DNA from: Anaeromyxobacteraceae bacterium | Lineage (GTDB): Bacteria; Myxococcota; Myxococcia; Myxococcales; Anaeromyxobacteraceae | Assembly: GCA_032654565.1 (NCBI GenBank) | Contig: JAULAX010000017.1 | Span: 288,001 to 352,000 of the forward strand | Direction of reading: 5' to 3' | DNA length: 64,000 nt | Shown here: piece by piece, positions 31,005 to 46,359 of the stretch | Numbering within the stretch: the first letter of the stretch is position 1 | Layout: each line of letters starts with the position of its first letter | Notes under the pieces: model-generated | What the model was told of the DNA's origin: nothing | The model's database searches: none | The model's input: only the letters and a program-made list of their open reading frames with translations | Position numbers and translations under genes: made by a program

Positions 31005-31812
31005 GCGCCGGGCCCAGCGTCACCAGCGCCGGGGCCCCGGCCGCGAAGCCCGTGGCCAGGCCGCCGAAGGACTGGATGACCGCGCCCGCCGCCAGCGAGA
31101 GCGCCCCGAAGAGGAGCATGGCCAGCAGGTAGACCGACGGCCGCGCCAGCACCCGGCTGGCGGCCTGCAGGATGGCCTCGACCGGCCCGTCGCCGCGCAC
31201 CGCGGTGCGGACCAGCGCCGCGTCGGCCACCGCCGAGGTCAGCAGCGCCACCAGCAGGGCCACCACCAGCGCCGCCGCCACCGCCGCCGCCAGCCCCACC
31301 CGCCCGCTGCCGGCGGCCGCCGCCGTGACCTGCACCGCCGCCCAGGCCACGCCGGCCAGGAAGAGCTGCCCGGTCCACTCCAGCGCCAGCGCCAGCGCCG
31401 CGGTGGGCAGCAGCCTCGGCAGCCCCCAGGCCACGCCGGCGGCGAAGCGCGGGGCACGGTCGTCACCGTCGGCCATGGCCCCGGCCAGCGTCGGCAGCGC
31501 CCCGGCCAGCAGCAGGAGCCGCAGCAGCCAGCCGAGCAGCGCCGCGCAGGCCGAGAGGGCCACCACCAGCCCCACCACCCGCGGCTGCGCCACGGTCCAG
31601 GCCGCCCCCAGCGCCGGCGCCTCGCCGGAGTACGGGGCCAGCTGGTGCGCCTGCCAGGCCCCGCGCGCCAGCAGGAGCAGCGCCACCGCCGCCGCCGGGA
31701 TCCCCAGGGCGCGGCGCAGCAGCGTGGTCAGCAGCCCGACCGCCACCAGCCAGCGCTGGCGCGCCAGCCCGGTCCAGCCCAGCCGCAGCGCTTCGCCCAG
31801 CGTCGACGCCAT
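30913..31812 (-). CDS. hypothetical multi-pass membrane protein
   Basis: 299 aa, about 6 hydrophobic helices, -10-like TAGCGT 6 nt before the ATG. Confidence 0.75.
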   Translation of the reverse strand: MASTLGEALRLGWTGLARQRWLVAVGLLTTLLRRALGIPAAAVALLLLARGAWQAHQLAPYSGEAPALGAAWTVAQPRVVGLVVALSACAALLGWLLRLLLLAGALPTLAGAMADGDDRAPRFAAGVAWGLPRLLPTAALALALEWTGQLFLAGVAWAAVQVTAAAAGSGRVGLAAAVAAALVVALLVALLTSAVADAALVRTAVRGDGPVEAILQAASRVLARPSVYLLAMLLFGALSLAAGAVIQSFGGLATGFAAGAPALVTLGPALMLAALVTTASAGLELWWLGSLVVLTAREG

Positions 31813-31940
31813 GTGGCCACGCTACCGGCAAGGGGCGCCTCGCGGCAACGGCGGCGAGGCCCGGACCACGCCGACGGGGCCGGTCCGGCGCTCCCGGGGA
31901 GGTCGGCGCACCCGGCGGCCGGCCGGGAACTTGCGGGTGA

Positions 31941-31972
31941 CTGAACGGTGTGACAGGATACCCCTGTTCAGG
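31941..31972 (+). promoter_or_regulatory. putative LexA operator(s)
   Basis: CTGAAC...GTTCAG inverted arms abutting the lexA SD; GTTCAG is the core of the Myxococcus-type SOS box. Confidence 0.65.
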
Positions 31973-31979
31973 AGGCCTC

Positions 31980-32669
31980 ATGACCGGCTTGACCGACCGC
32001 CAGCTCGAAGTGCTCCGCTTCATCGCCCGCGAGATCGAGGAGCGGGGTTACCCGCCCACCATCCGCGAGATCGGCGAGGCGCTCGACATCCGCTCCACCA
32101 ACGGCGTCAACGACCACCTGAAGGCGCTGGAGCGCAAGGGCTACCTCACCCGCGACCCGGTCAAGTCGCGCGCCCTCATCCCCACCGAGGCGGCCCGCGG
32201 CGCCCTCTCCGGCGGCGGCTCCTCCAAGGGGGCCAAGGTGCTCCACTTCCCTGCCGCCACCCGCCCCGGCTCGCGGATGGTCGAGGTGCCCATCCTCGGA
32301 CGGGTGGCCGCCGGCCAGCCCATCCTGGCCCAGGAGCGGGTCGAGGACACCGTGCAGATCGACTCCTTCCTGCTCGGCACCAACAAGAAGGTCTACGGCC
32401 TCAAGGTGCAGGGCGACTCGATGATCGGCGACGGCATCCTGCCCGGCGACTACGTCTTCGTGAAGAAGCAGCTCAACGCCGACGACGGCGAGATCGTGGT
32501 CGCCATGATCGACGACGAGGCGACGGTGAAGCGGATGTTCCGCGAGGGCAAGCGGGTCCGCTTCCAGCCCTCCAACCCACGCATGGCCCCCATCTACGTG
32601 GCCGAGGAGGACTTCCGCTCCACCATGATCCTCGGCGTGGTGGTGGGCGTGTACCGGAAGATGCACTGA
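31980..32669 (+). CDS. lexA: SOS repressor LexA
   Basis: LTDRQ, GYPPTIREI, HLKALERKG, VAAG cleavage site, GDSM, ATVK. Confidence 0.97.
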   Translation: MTGLTDRQLEVLRFIAREIEERGYPPTIREIGEALDIRSTNGVNDHLKALERKGYLTRDPVKSRALIPTEAARGALSGGGSSKGAKVLHFPAATRPGSRMVEVPILGRVAAGQPILAQERVEDTVQIDSFLLGTNKKVYGLKVQGDSMIGDGILPGDYVFVKKQLNADDGEIVVAMIDDEATVKRMFREGKRVRFQPSNPRMAPIYVAEEDFRSTMILGVVVGVYRKMH

Positions 32670-32704
32670 TCCGGCCGCCGCAGGCCGGGATCACGCGCCG
32701 ACCT

Positions 32705-33954
32705 TCAGCGCGTCTTGGCCTGGCGGACGTACCGGTCCAGATCCTCGCGGTCGATCACCGACAGGATCTCCACGGCGTCCTGCCGGGCCTCGTCGCGCCG
32801 GTAGATGAGCCGCACGTCGGTGGCCACCCGCACCCGGTAGTAGCCGGGCAGCCCGCCGAGCGGGAGCGCCCGCAGGCTGGGGTGGCGGTGATCCCGCGCC
32901 AGCAGGAAGGCCTGCTTCACCGCGGTCCGCTGGATGCGCCGGTCCCACCCCACCAGCGAGGCGTAGAACTCCTCGGTGAAGACCGGCAGCAGCCAGGTGG
33001 CCGGCGCCTCCTCCGGCTCGGCGTCGGCCTCGACCGCCTGGGTGCTGGACTGGGCCCCGGCCGGCGACGCCGCGCCCCGCGCCTCGGCCGCCCGCAGCGC
33101 CTCCTCCAGGCGCGCCACCTGCTCGGCCAGCTTCTCGGCGCGCCCCTCGGCGGCGTGACGGGCCGTCTCGGCGTCTCGGGCGCTGGCCCGGAGCCGCTGC
33201 AGCTCACCCGCCTGGTCGGTGGCGCGGGCCTGGGCCAGCTCGGCCTCGGCCTTCCCCTTCGCCTGCCGGGCCTGCTCGGCCTGCTCCCGGGCCCGGGCCG
33301 CGTCGGCCACCGCCCGGGCCGCCTCGGCCCGCGCCTCCTTCACCTGCCCCTGCAGCTTGTCGCGGGACTCGTCGGCCTTGCGCCGCGCCTCCCCGGCCCG
33401 CTCCTCGGCGCGGGCCAGCTTCTCCTCGACCGCCCTCAGCAAGGCGGCGGGATCGGCCTCGGCCGCCGCCTCTCCCCGGTCTGGCGCCCGCCGTCCCCAT
33501 CCCCCTGCGGCGCCGGCCCGTACCACTCGGCGGCCAGCTGCTCCAGCGCCGCCTCGCCGCGGGCCCGGACCTCGGGCGAGGGATCCGAGAGCACCCGCCA
33601 GAGCGCGATGGCCAGGCCGTGGTCCGAGCCGGCCACCTCCAGCAGCTCGTCGGCCGCCACCACGTCGAGCTGGCTGCGGGCGAAGGCCGGCTCCTCCAGG
33701 CCGGCGCGCAGCGCCTCCAGCACCGGCTCCCGCGTCCCCGGATCGGCCCGAACCGAGTCGGCCAGCAGGTCGCACCGCTCCACGTCGGAGAGGCCGGCGG
33801 TGCGGAAGCCCGGGGACGAGAGCCCGAGCGACTTCACCAGCGCCGTGGTCTCCGCGGGCAGGAGCGCGGCGTAGAGGAAGGCGGACAGCGCGTCCCGCGA
33901 CAGCTGGTGCAGCGGGGCGTCGCCCACCGGGGGCGGGAGCGGTTCGCCGGTCAC
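32705..33954 (-). pseudogene. frameshifted gene: helical N-domain, coiled coil, RelE/ParE-like C-terminal domain
   Basis: GTG at 33954 overlaps the upstream stop and its frame ends at 33436. The -1 frame continues as a coiled coil and HPSLRALPL..YYRVRV..VRLIY to 32705. Total span 1250 nt, one base short of in-frame. Confidence 0.7.
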
Positions 33955-34868
33955 CGGACGGGGGCCGCGCCCTCGCGGGTCTCGGCCTTGAACTCGACGC
34001 CGGCGGGGAGCCGCCAGGCCTCGTCGATGGGGAGCGCCACGGTGAAGACGGCCGGCCGGTCCTTGCCGGTGGCGCCGCGAACCGCAGCGGTCAGCTCCAG
34101 CTCCAGCGAGGCGGGCGGCCGGGGCAGCAGCTCCAGCCACCAGGTGCCGAAGAGGATCGACGGCGGCAGGTCGTCGCTGAAGCGGTCCGGATCGGCCAGC
34201 TTGATGGCCGGCTCGCCGCCGCCCTGCATCCCGCCGAAGAGCTGCCCCTTGGCGTCGAGCAGCCGGATGGCCAGCTGCCGCAGGGTGACGCCGAGCAGGG
34301 TGCGGGTGGTGGCCTTCTCCCCGGTCCCCTCGCGCTCCAGCGTGCGCGGCACGCCCCAGAGCGCGAAGTCGACCCGCAGCCCCGGGCCGCCGCCGTCCGG
34401 GTTGGGGCCGGCCTCCACGGCGAGGAGGTCGAGCCGCAGCCCCTCGGCCACCGCCGAGGCGACCGGCGCGTAGCGGCCGCCCTTCAGCAGCGCCACCCGC
34501 CCGTCGGCGTACTGCTGGAACTCGGCGACGGCGGCGCGATCCTTGTCGGCCAGCTTCCCCTTCTTCTCCTCGCCGGCGGCGCTGGCCGCGGTGGGGCGGG
34601 CCGGCTCGCGGGGGAAGCGGTTGCGCAGGGCGGCGCTGGCCTCCAGGTAGCCGCGCAGCAGGGCCGCCGACTCCACCCGCCAGGCCTCCGGCGGCTGCAC
34701 CGCCATCGACCGGGCCGCCGCCGATCGCTCCACGAACTCGCGCTTCAGCCGGGCCCGCTCCAGGCGGGCCTCGAAGCCCTCGGCGCGGGAGCGCCAGCCG
34801 TCCAGCAGCAGGATGGAGAGCACCAGCAGCAGGCCGGCCGGCAGGGCGACGAAGGGGAGACGCTTCAT
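33951..34868 (-). CDS. hypothetical protein with N-terminal membrane anchor
   Basis: 305 aa, typical codon usage, hydrophobic N-terminus, lies in an operon. Confidence 0.8.
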   Translation of the reverse strand: MKRLPFVALPAGLLLVLSILLLDGWRSRAEGFEARLERARLKREFVERSAAARSMAVQPPEAWRVESAALLRGYLEASAALRNRFPREPARPTAASAAGEEKKGKLADKDRAAVAEFQQYADGRVALLKGGRYAPVASAVAEGLRLDLLAVEAGPNPDGGGPGLRVDFALWGVPRTLEREGTGEKATTRTLLGVTLRQLAIRLLDAKGQLFGGMQGGGEPAIKLADPDRFSDDLPPSILFGTWWLELLPRPPASLELELTAAVRGATGKDRPAVFTVALPIDEAWRLPAGVEFKAETREGAAPVR

Positions 34869-34893
34869 GTGGGTGCTCCCGGCCGCGGAGGCC

Positions 34894-35730
34894 TCAGGGG
34901 GGGCCGCTGACCAGCGCCTCGACGCCCTTGAGGCCGGTGGCGTCGAAGTCGTAGACGTAGGCGCGGGCGCGCCGCACCGGCTCGTCGGCCACCCGGGAGA
35001 CCGACCCCGAGCAGAGGATGGGCGTGGGGTGGCTGGCGCCGGGGACGTCGACCCGGAAGGCGCAGTGGCGGTGGCCGTGCAGCACCGCGGCCACCGGCAG
35101 CTCGGCCACCAGCCGGATCACCTGGTCGGCGTCGGCGAGCGGCATCCGGGCCACGTGGACGTCGGAGGGGATGCGCTCCGGGGGGAGCACCACGTGGTGA
35201 TGGAAGGCCAGCACCGTGGCCTTGCCGGCCTTCTGGTGCTGGCGGCAGAGCTCGCGGGCGCTGCGCAGCTGGTCGGCGCCGAGCCGCCCGGCCGTCTGGG
35301 TGGGGTGCTCGCCGTGGCGGGCGCTGTCGAGCGCCACCAGCACCACCTCGCCGAGCGGGACCACGTGCGGGTAGGTGGGCGCCGGGCGGCGCATCCCCTT
35401 GCCGTCCGCCCCGATGGCGCGCAGGAAGCGCCCGGTGTCGACGGCGTCGGCGGTCCAGACGTCGTGGTTCCCCGGCACCACGGTGAGCTTGCCGGCCTCG
35501 GCCCACCACCTGAGCATCTCGGCGGCCCGCTCGAACTCGCGGGTCTCGGCGGAGAGGGTCAGGTCGCCGGTCACCACCAGCTGGTCCACCCCGACCTCGC
35601 GCAGGGCGTCGAGCAGCCCCTTGGCCAGCTTGGAGGAGTGGCGGTCGCAGTCCCGGGCGGAGAAGCCGTTGCGCGGATACCGCCCCCGGTCGGCGAGGTG
35701 CAGGTCGCTGATGTGGCCGATGCGGACGAT
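34894..35730 (-). CDS. metallophosphoesterase (Icc/CpdA-like); probable ATC start
   Basis: SDLH, TGDL, GNHD, HHH, GHRH motifs; SD GAGGAG 6 nt before ATC. Confidence 0.88.
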   Translation of the reverse strand: MVRIGHISDLHLADRGRYPRNGFSARDCDRHSSKLAKGLLDALREVGVDQLVVTGDLTLSAETREFERAAEMLRWWAEAGKLTVVPGNHDVWTADAVDTGRFLRAIGADGKGMRRPAPTYPHVVPLGEVVLVALDSARHGEHPTQTAGRLGADQLRSARELCRQHQKAGKATVLAFHHHVVLPPERIPSDVHVARMPLADADQVIRLVAELPVAAVLHGHRHCAFRVDVPGASHPTPILCSGSVSRVADEPVRRARAYVYDFDATGLKGVEALVSGPP

Positions 35731-35761
35731 GGCGGACTCCTCGGGTGGTGCGGGTCCGGGG

Positions 35762-35790
35762 ATGCTAACGGCCCCTTCCGGCTCGGTCAA
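35762..35790 (-). promoter_or_regulatory. sigma70 promoter of the metallophosphoesterase operon
   Basis: TTGACC-N17-TAGCAT. Confidence 0.7.
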
Positions 35791-35944
35791 ACTGGTGACC
35801 CGGCCGGTCTGGCGCACCCCCCGTTTCGCCGCCCTCTCCGCTCGCGGCGCGTGCAACCATTCCCACACTACTTGTTGCCAGCCGGGCCTGCTGCCGGTAT
35901 CCCATGTACCCTGGCCGGCAGGGAAAAGGCCGAAGGAGATCCAG

Positions 35945-38425
<2,481 letters not shown>

Positions 38426-38582
38426 TCAGCGCGCCCCGCCCCCGGGCGGGCGCCATCGCCATCGGGTGGCCCCGACCCGGGCGGCCGTGTCATAGTCGGC
38501 CGCCTGTGTCCCGCCACGGCTGTCCTGGTGCAGTCGCCCGGCCGGACCCGGTGAGGCGAGGGAACCCGGTGGGGAGCTGGCC

Positions 38583-40361
38583 GTGATCAGGTCGTTGGGG
38601 CGCTACCAGCTGATCGAGCAGGTCGGGAGCGGCGGCATGGCGGTGGTCTACCGCGGCCTCGACACCGCCCTCGACCGCGAGGTGGCGGTGAAGCTGCTCC
38701 ACCCCCACCTGGCCCAGGCCGCCGAGAGCCGGGCCCGCTTCTCCCGCGAGGCCCGCGCCGTGGCCCGCCTGGCCCACCCCTGCATCGTCGAGATCTTCGA
38801 CTACTCCGGGGACGGCGCCCCCGAGGCCTTCCTGGTCACCGAGTTCATCCGCGGCCGGACCTTGCGGGACTTCGCCCAGGCCACCGGCTTCGCCGATCCG
38901 GAGGTCGGCCTGCTCATGGGGCGCGCCCTGGCCGACGCCCTGGCCCACGCCCACGCCGCCGGCGTCATCCACCGGGACCTGAAGCCGGAGAACGTCATGG
39001 TCAAGGTGGGGGAGCGGCCGGCGGTGAAGCTCACCGACTTCGGCATCGCCCGCATCCTCGCCTCCGACGAGCGGATGACCATGACCGGGGCGCTGGTCGG
39101 CTCCCCCAACCACATGGCGCCGGAGATCGTCGAGGGCAAGGAGGCCGACGAGCGGAGCGACCTCTTCTCCCTCGGCACCATCCTCTACTGGCTGGCCACC
39201 GGCCAGCTCCCCTTCGCCGCCTCCAACCCCACCGCCACGCTGCGCCGCGCCATCTCCGGCGAGTTCGACGACCCGCGCCAGCTCTCCCCCCGGGTCTCGG
39301 CCCGGCTGGGGGCGCTGCTGGCCCGCTGCCTGGCCCCCGAGCCCTCGGCCCGCCCTTCCAGCGCCGCCGAGGTGCGCGCCACGCTCGACGAGCTGCTGGC
39401 CGAGGTCGGGCTGGAGCGCCCCGAGGAGGAGCTGGCCCGCTTCCTCGCCGACCCGCCCGCCTTCCAGGCCGCCTTCCCGGCCCGTGCCGTGGCGGCGCTC
39501 CTCCCCCGCGGCGAGGCGGCGCTGGCCGCGGGCCAGACCGCCCTGGCCCTCTCCTGCTTCGACCGGGTGCTGGCCATCGAGCCGGGCAACCTGCGGGTGG
39601 CGGAGCGGCTGCGGACCCTCTCTCGCCGGCGTCGCTGGCGGCGTGCCGCGGGCGTCGCCGCGGTGCTCGCCGCCGGGGCGGCCCTGGCCCTGGGCGGAGC
39701 GCAGTGGTGGTCGAGCCGCCCGGTCCACCCCCTCTCTGCGGGGCACCTCGGCGCACCCACCGCCGACGCCGGACCGCCGTCGTCCGGACCCTCCCCCGCT
39801 GGCCCCGTCGCCCCGGCCGGCGCCGACCCCGGCCACCCGCCGCCGGGTCCTCCCGCCGCCGGCGGCGCCGCTCCGGTCGCCGGCGCCGCCCCGGTGCCAC
39901 TGCTGGTGCGGGTCCGCCCCTACGCCCAGCGGGCCCTGCTCGACGGCGTCGAGGTGCCGAGCGGGGACCAGCTGGTCCGCTTCCTGCTGTCGCCCGGCCG
40001 ACCCCACGCCATCCGCATCGAGCACGACTGCTGCCTGACCTTCCAGCGCGACCTCACCGCCGAGGAGGCCGCCGCCCAGGGGGAGCTGCGGGTGTCGCTG
40101 GAGCCCAGGCCGGCCAGGCTGCGCGTCGAGGGAGACCCGGCCACGCTGATCCTCCTCGACGGCCGGCTGGTGGGAACCGCCGGCGACTCGCAGCGGGTGC
40201 CGCTCCCGGTCGCCATCCCCGCCGGCGGCGAGACCCCCTACGAGGCCAGCGGCCGCATCGTCCTCGAGCCGCCCGGCGGTCCGGCGCGCGCCGTCGTCGT
40301 CAAGCTGCGGGCCGGCGCCGAGCTGGTGCTGGCCGCGCCCACCACGGAGGGCCCGCCGTGA
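38583..40361 (+). CDS. membrane Ser/Thr protein kinase with TPR-like and PEGA-like regions
   Basis: GSGGMA, VAVK, HRDLKPEN, DFG, APE; TM helix after RRRRWRR. Confidence 0.93.
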   Translation: MIRSLGRYQLIEQVGSGGMAVVYRGLDTALDREVAVKLLHPHLAQAAESRARFSREARAVARLAHPCIVEIFDYSGDGAPEAFLVTEFIRGRTLRDFAQATGFADPEVGLLMGRALADALAHAHAAGVIHRDLKPENVMVKVGERPAVKLTDFGIARILASDERMTMTGALVGSPNHMAPEIVEGKEADERSDLFSLGTILYWLATGQLPFAASNPTATLRRAISGEFDDPRQLSPRVSARLGALLARCLAPEPSARPSSAAEVRATLDELLAEVGLERPEEELARFLADPPAFQAAFPARAVAALLPRGEAALAAGQTALALSCFDRVLAIEPGNLRVAERLRTLSRRRRWRRAAGVAAVLAAGAALALGGAQWWSSRPVHPLSAGHLGAPTADAGPPSSGPSPAGPVAPAGADPGHPPPGPPAAGGAAPVAGAAPVPLLVRVRPYAQRALLDGVEVPSGDQLVRFLLSPGRPHAIRIEHDCCLTFQRDLTAEEAAAQGELRVSLEPRPARLRVEGDPATLILLDGRLVGTAGDSQRVPLPVAIPAGGETPYEASGRIVLEPPGGPARAVVVKLRAGAELVLAAPTTEGPP

Positions 40362-41214
40362 ACGCCTTCATCCCCCTGCTGCTGGCCCTCTCGCTGGGCG
40401 CCCCGGCCGAGCTGAAGCGGGCCAAGGACCGCTTCGAGTTCGGGGCCTGGGCCGACTGCGCCGGGACGCTCCGCCCGTTCCTGGCCCGCGACCCGGTCCT
40501 CTCCGACGAGGAGGCGGTGGAGGCCTGGCGGCTGCTCGGCCTCGCCGAGTACCACCTCGGCGACCGGGCCGCCGCCCGCACCGCCTTCGTCAACCTGCTC
40601 TCCTTCGACCCCGACTACACCCTCGACCCCTTCCTGGTGCCGCCGCCCATCGTCGACTTCCTCGACAAGGTGAAGCGCGACCACGAGCCCGACCTGGCTC
40701 CGCTGCGGGAGCGGAAGCGGGCCCTGCGGGAGCAGCAGCGGCTGGCCGACGAGGCCAAGCGCCGCCTGCTGGCGGAGGAGCAGGCCCGCAACGGTCCACC
40801 CGGCAAGGTGGTGCGGGTCCAGGAGCGGGTCTACCTGCTCAACTGGATGCCCTTCGGCGCCGGGCAGTTCCAGAACGGTGACAAGAGCAAGGGGACCGCC
40901 ATCGCCCTCGGCCAGCTGACGCTGGCGCTGGTCAACGTCGCCGCCATCGTGGTCCACGGCCAGATCGCCGACGACCGCTCGCGGATGTGCACCTCCAGCC
41001 AGCCCAGCTGCACCTCGCCGCCCTACAGCGACGGCGACCGCAGGCTGCTGGGCCGGCTGGAGCTGGCCAAGTACGTCTCGGCGGGGCTGTTCTGGGGGCT
41101 CTACGGCTACGGGGTCTGGGACGCCCACCGCCACTTCGTCCCCATCGTCGAGACCGAGCTCGGGCCGGGCGGCCAGCCCACCGGCGTGAAGGTCGGCCTG
41201 CAGGGGAGCTTCTG

Positions 41215-41215
<1 letters not shown>
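40358..41215 (+). CDS. exported TPR-like protein
   Basis: GTGA overlap, signal peptide, TPR helices, PFGAGQF membrane motif, C-terminal Phe. Confidence 0.8.
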
Positions 41216-43034
<1,819 letters not shown>

Positions 43035-43038
<4 letters not shown>

Positions 43039-43679
43039 AGCCCATGCCGCGCACCGCCTTGCTGGTCCTGCTGGGCGCCAGCCTGGCCGGCTGCCCGCTG
43101 CCGCAGACCCTGCCCGAGTACCCCTCCGGCGGCACCATCACCCCGCCGAGGCTCCAGTCGGACCAGGTGACGCCCGCTGACTCGGTCATCCTGGTGGACG
43201 CCGGCTGCGCCGGCCTCGACACCGACCACGCCTTCAGGCTCAGCGCCACGCTCATCGACGAAAACACCTACGAGCCGGTCGAGTACCGCTGGTTCGTCGA
43301 CTACGACCCGCAGCGGTCAACCGTGCGCCCGCTCTTCCCCATCGACCAGTTCATCCCGGGTCCAGAGGATGGCATCACCATCCTGCGGGTGGTGCCGCCG
43401 CTCGAGCTCCAGCCCTACACCTTCGACCCTCCCCTGTACGGGTCTCCGACCGAGTCGAGGCCCGGACAGAGCTTCCGCGACAGCGGCGGTCTCCACGTCG
43501 TCGAGCTGGTGGTCTCCAACGCCTTCGCGAAGGAGGATCCTCCCCCCGTCCCGGCCCACGCCCGGCCGTGGCGGACGCCGCGCAAGACCGCCACCCAGAC
43601 CTTCGAGACGCAAGTCTATCGCTGGGTCTTCCACTACGTCCCGGCCGGCACCCCCGGCGCCCGCTGCGGATATCCCTGA
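43035..43679 (+). CDS. hypothetical lipoprotein
   Basis: ATGA overlap, SD GAGGAGG, lipobox LAG-C. Confidence 0.82.
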
Positions 43680-43722
43680 CCTGACTTGACCCGGGCCGCG
43701 CGCTGGCGCCGCGGCCTCACCG

Positions 43723-44277
43723 TCAGGGCTGGCGGGCGGAGCGCTCCCGCGCCCTCTCCAGGGCCTTCTCGGCCACCCGCGCCAGGTCGGCCTGCTCGAC
43801 GGCGAACCGGTTCACCTGGGCCCGGTAGGCCCGGTGGAGCGCCAGCACCGCGTCGCGGGCCTGCGCCAGCTCCTCGCGCCCGGTGAAGTCGCTGGCTGAC
43901 CCGGCGGAGGCGTCCAGCCGGCAGCGCTCGCCCAGGTCCTCGAGCCTCTGCTCCCACTCGTGCGACCAGGCGGCGAACCGGGCCACGGCGTCGCCGCCGC
44001 CGATCTCCCCGCCCAGCTTCCAGGCCCGCTGGTTCAGGTCGCGGTGGAGGGCGTCGAGCTCCTCGGCGCAGACCCGCGAGACGGCCCGGGTCGGCAGGGC
44101 CCCCGTGGCCGGGGGGCGGGTGCCGGAGAGGTTCCTGGAGATGCTGGCCACCATGGCGCCGATCGCCAGGGCGATGGCCAGCAGGTAGGCTACCCACATC
44201 ACGGCGCGGTAGGGGCGGAGGCGCGGATCCCGCTGGAGCACCTGGTGAATCTGCCCGAAGGGCGTGCCGCCGTCCAC
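43723..44277 (-). CDS. hypothetical single-TM protein with helical periplasmic domain
   Basis: TM helix followed by a helical region with two Cys. Start position uncertain. Confidence 0.75.
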   Translation of the reverse strand: MDGGTPFGQIHQVLQRDPRLRPYRAVMWVAYLLAIALAIGAMVASISRNLSGTRPPATGALPTRAVSRVCAEELDALHRDLNQRAWKLGGEIGGGDAVARFAAWSHEWEQRLEDLGERCRLDASAGSASDFTGREELAQARDAVLALHRAYRAQVNRFAVEQADLARVAEKALERARERSARQP

Positions 44278-44396
44278 CAGCGCGACCGATTGCGTTCCTG
44301 CAATGGGACTTCACATCTGAAATGCAGTCGTGCGCCCCCTTCGCCGACCCGTACTGCAACCTCCCGTGATCACGTGACAGGCGCTGCCCGGAGCGC

Positions 44397-44412
44397 TGGC
44401 AAGCCAATTGCT
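44397..44412 (+). promoter_or_regulatory. sigma54 -24/-12 promoter
   Basis: TGGCAAGCCAATTGCT, with exact GG-N10-GC spacing. Confidence 0.8.
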
Positions 44413-44422
44413 TTGGAGAACG

Positions 44423-44495
44423 TCCAGAAGGCTCTCTGGATTCGGCGGCGCTACCCCCCCCCTGCGCCCCTGAAACCGAGGGCCTTCTTTTTTTT
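44423..44495 (+). ncRNA. candidate ~70-nt sigma54-dependent sRNA with C9 loop and intrinsic terminator
   Basis: Hairpin AGAAGGCTCTC...GAGGGCCTTCT, loop CCCCCCCCC (44454-44462), T8 tract; both neighbouring genes are on the minus strand. Confidence 0.65.
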
Positions 44496-44512
44496 GCCCG
44501 GGGCGCGGCGCG

Positions 44513-46309
<1,797 letters not shown>

Positions 46310-46359
46310 GCCGTCTTCTAGCACGCGCCCCCCACGCCGGCGGCGGGCGGCGGGCCCTG

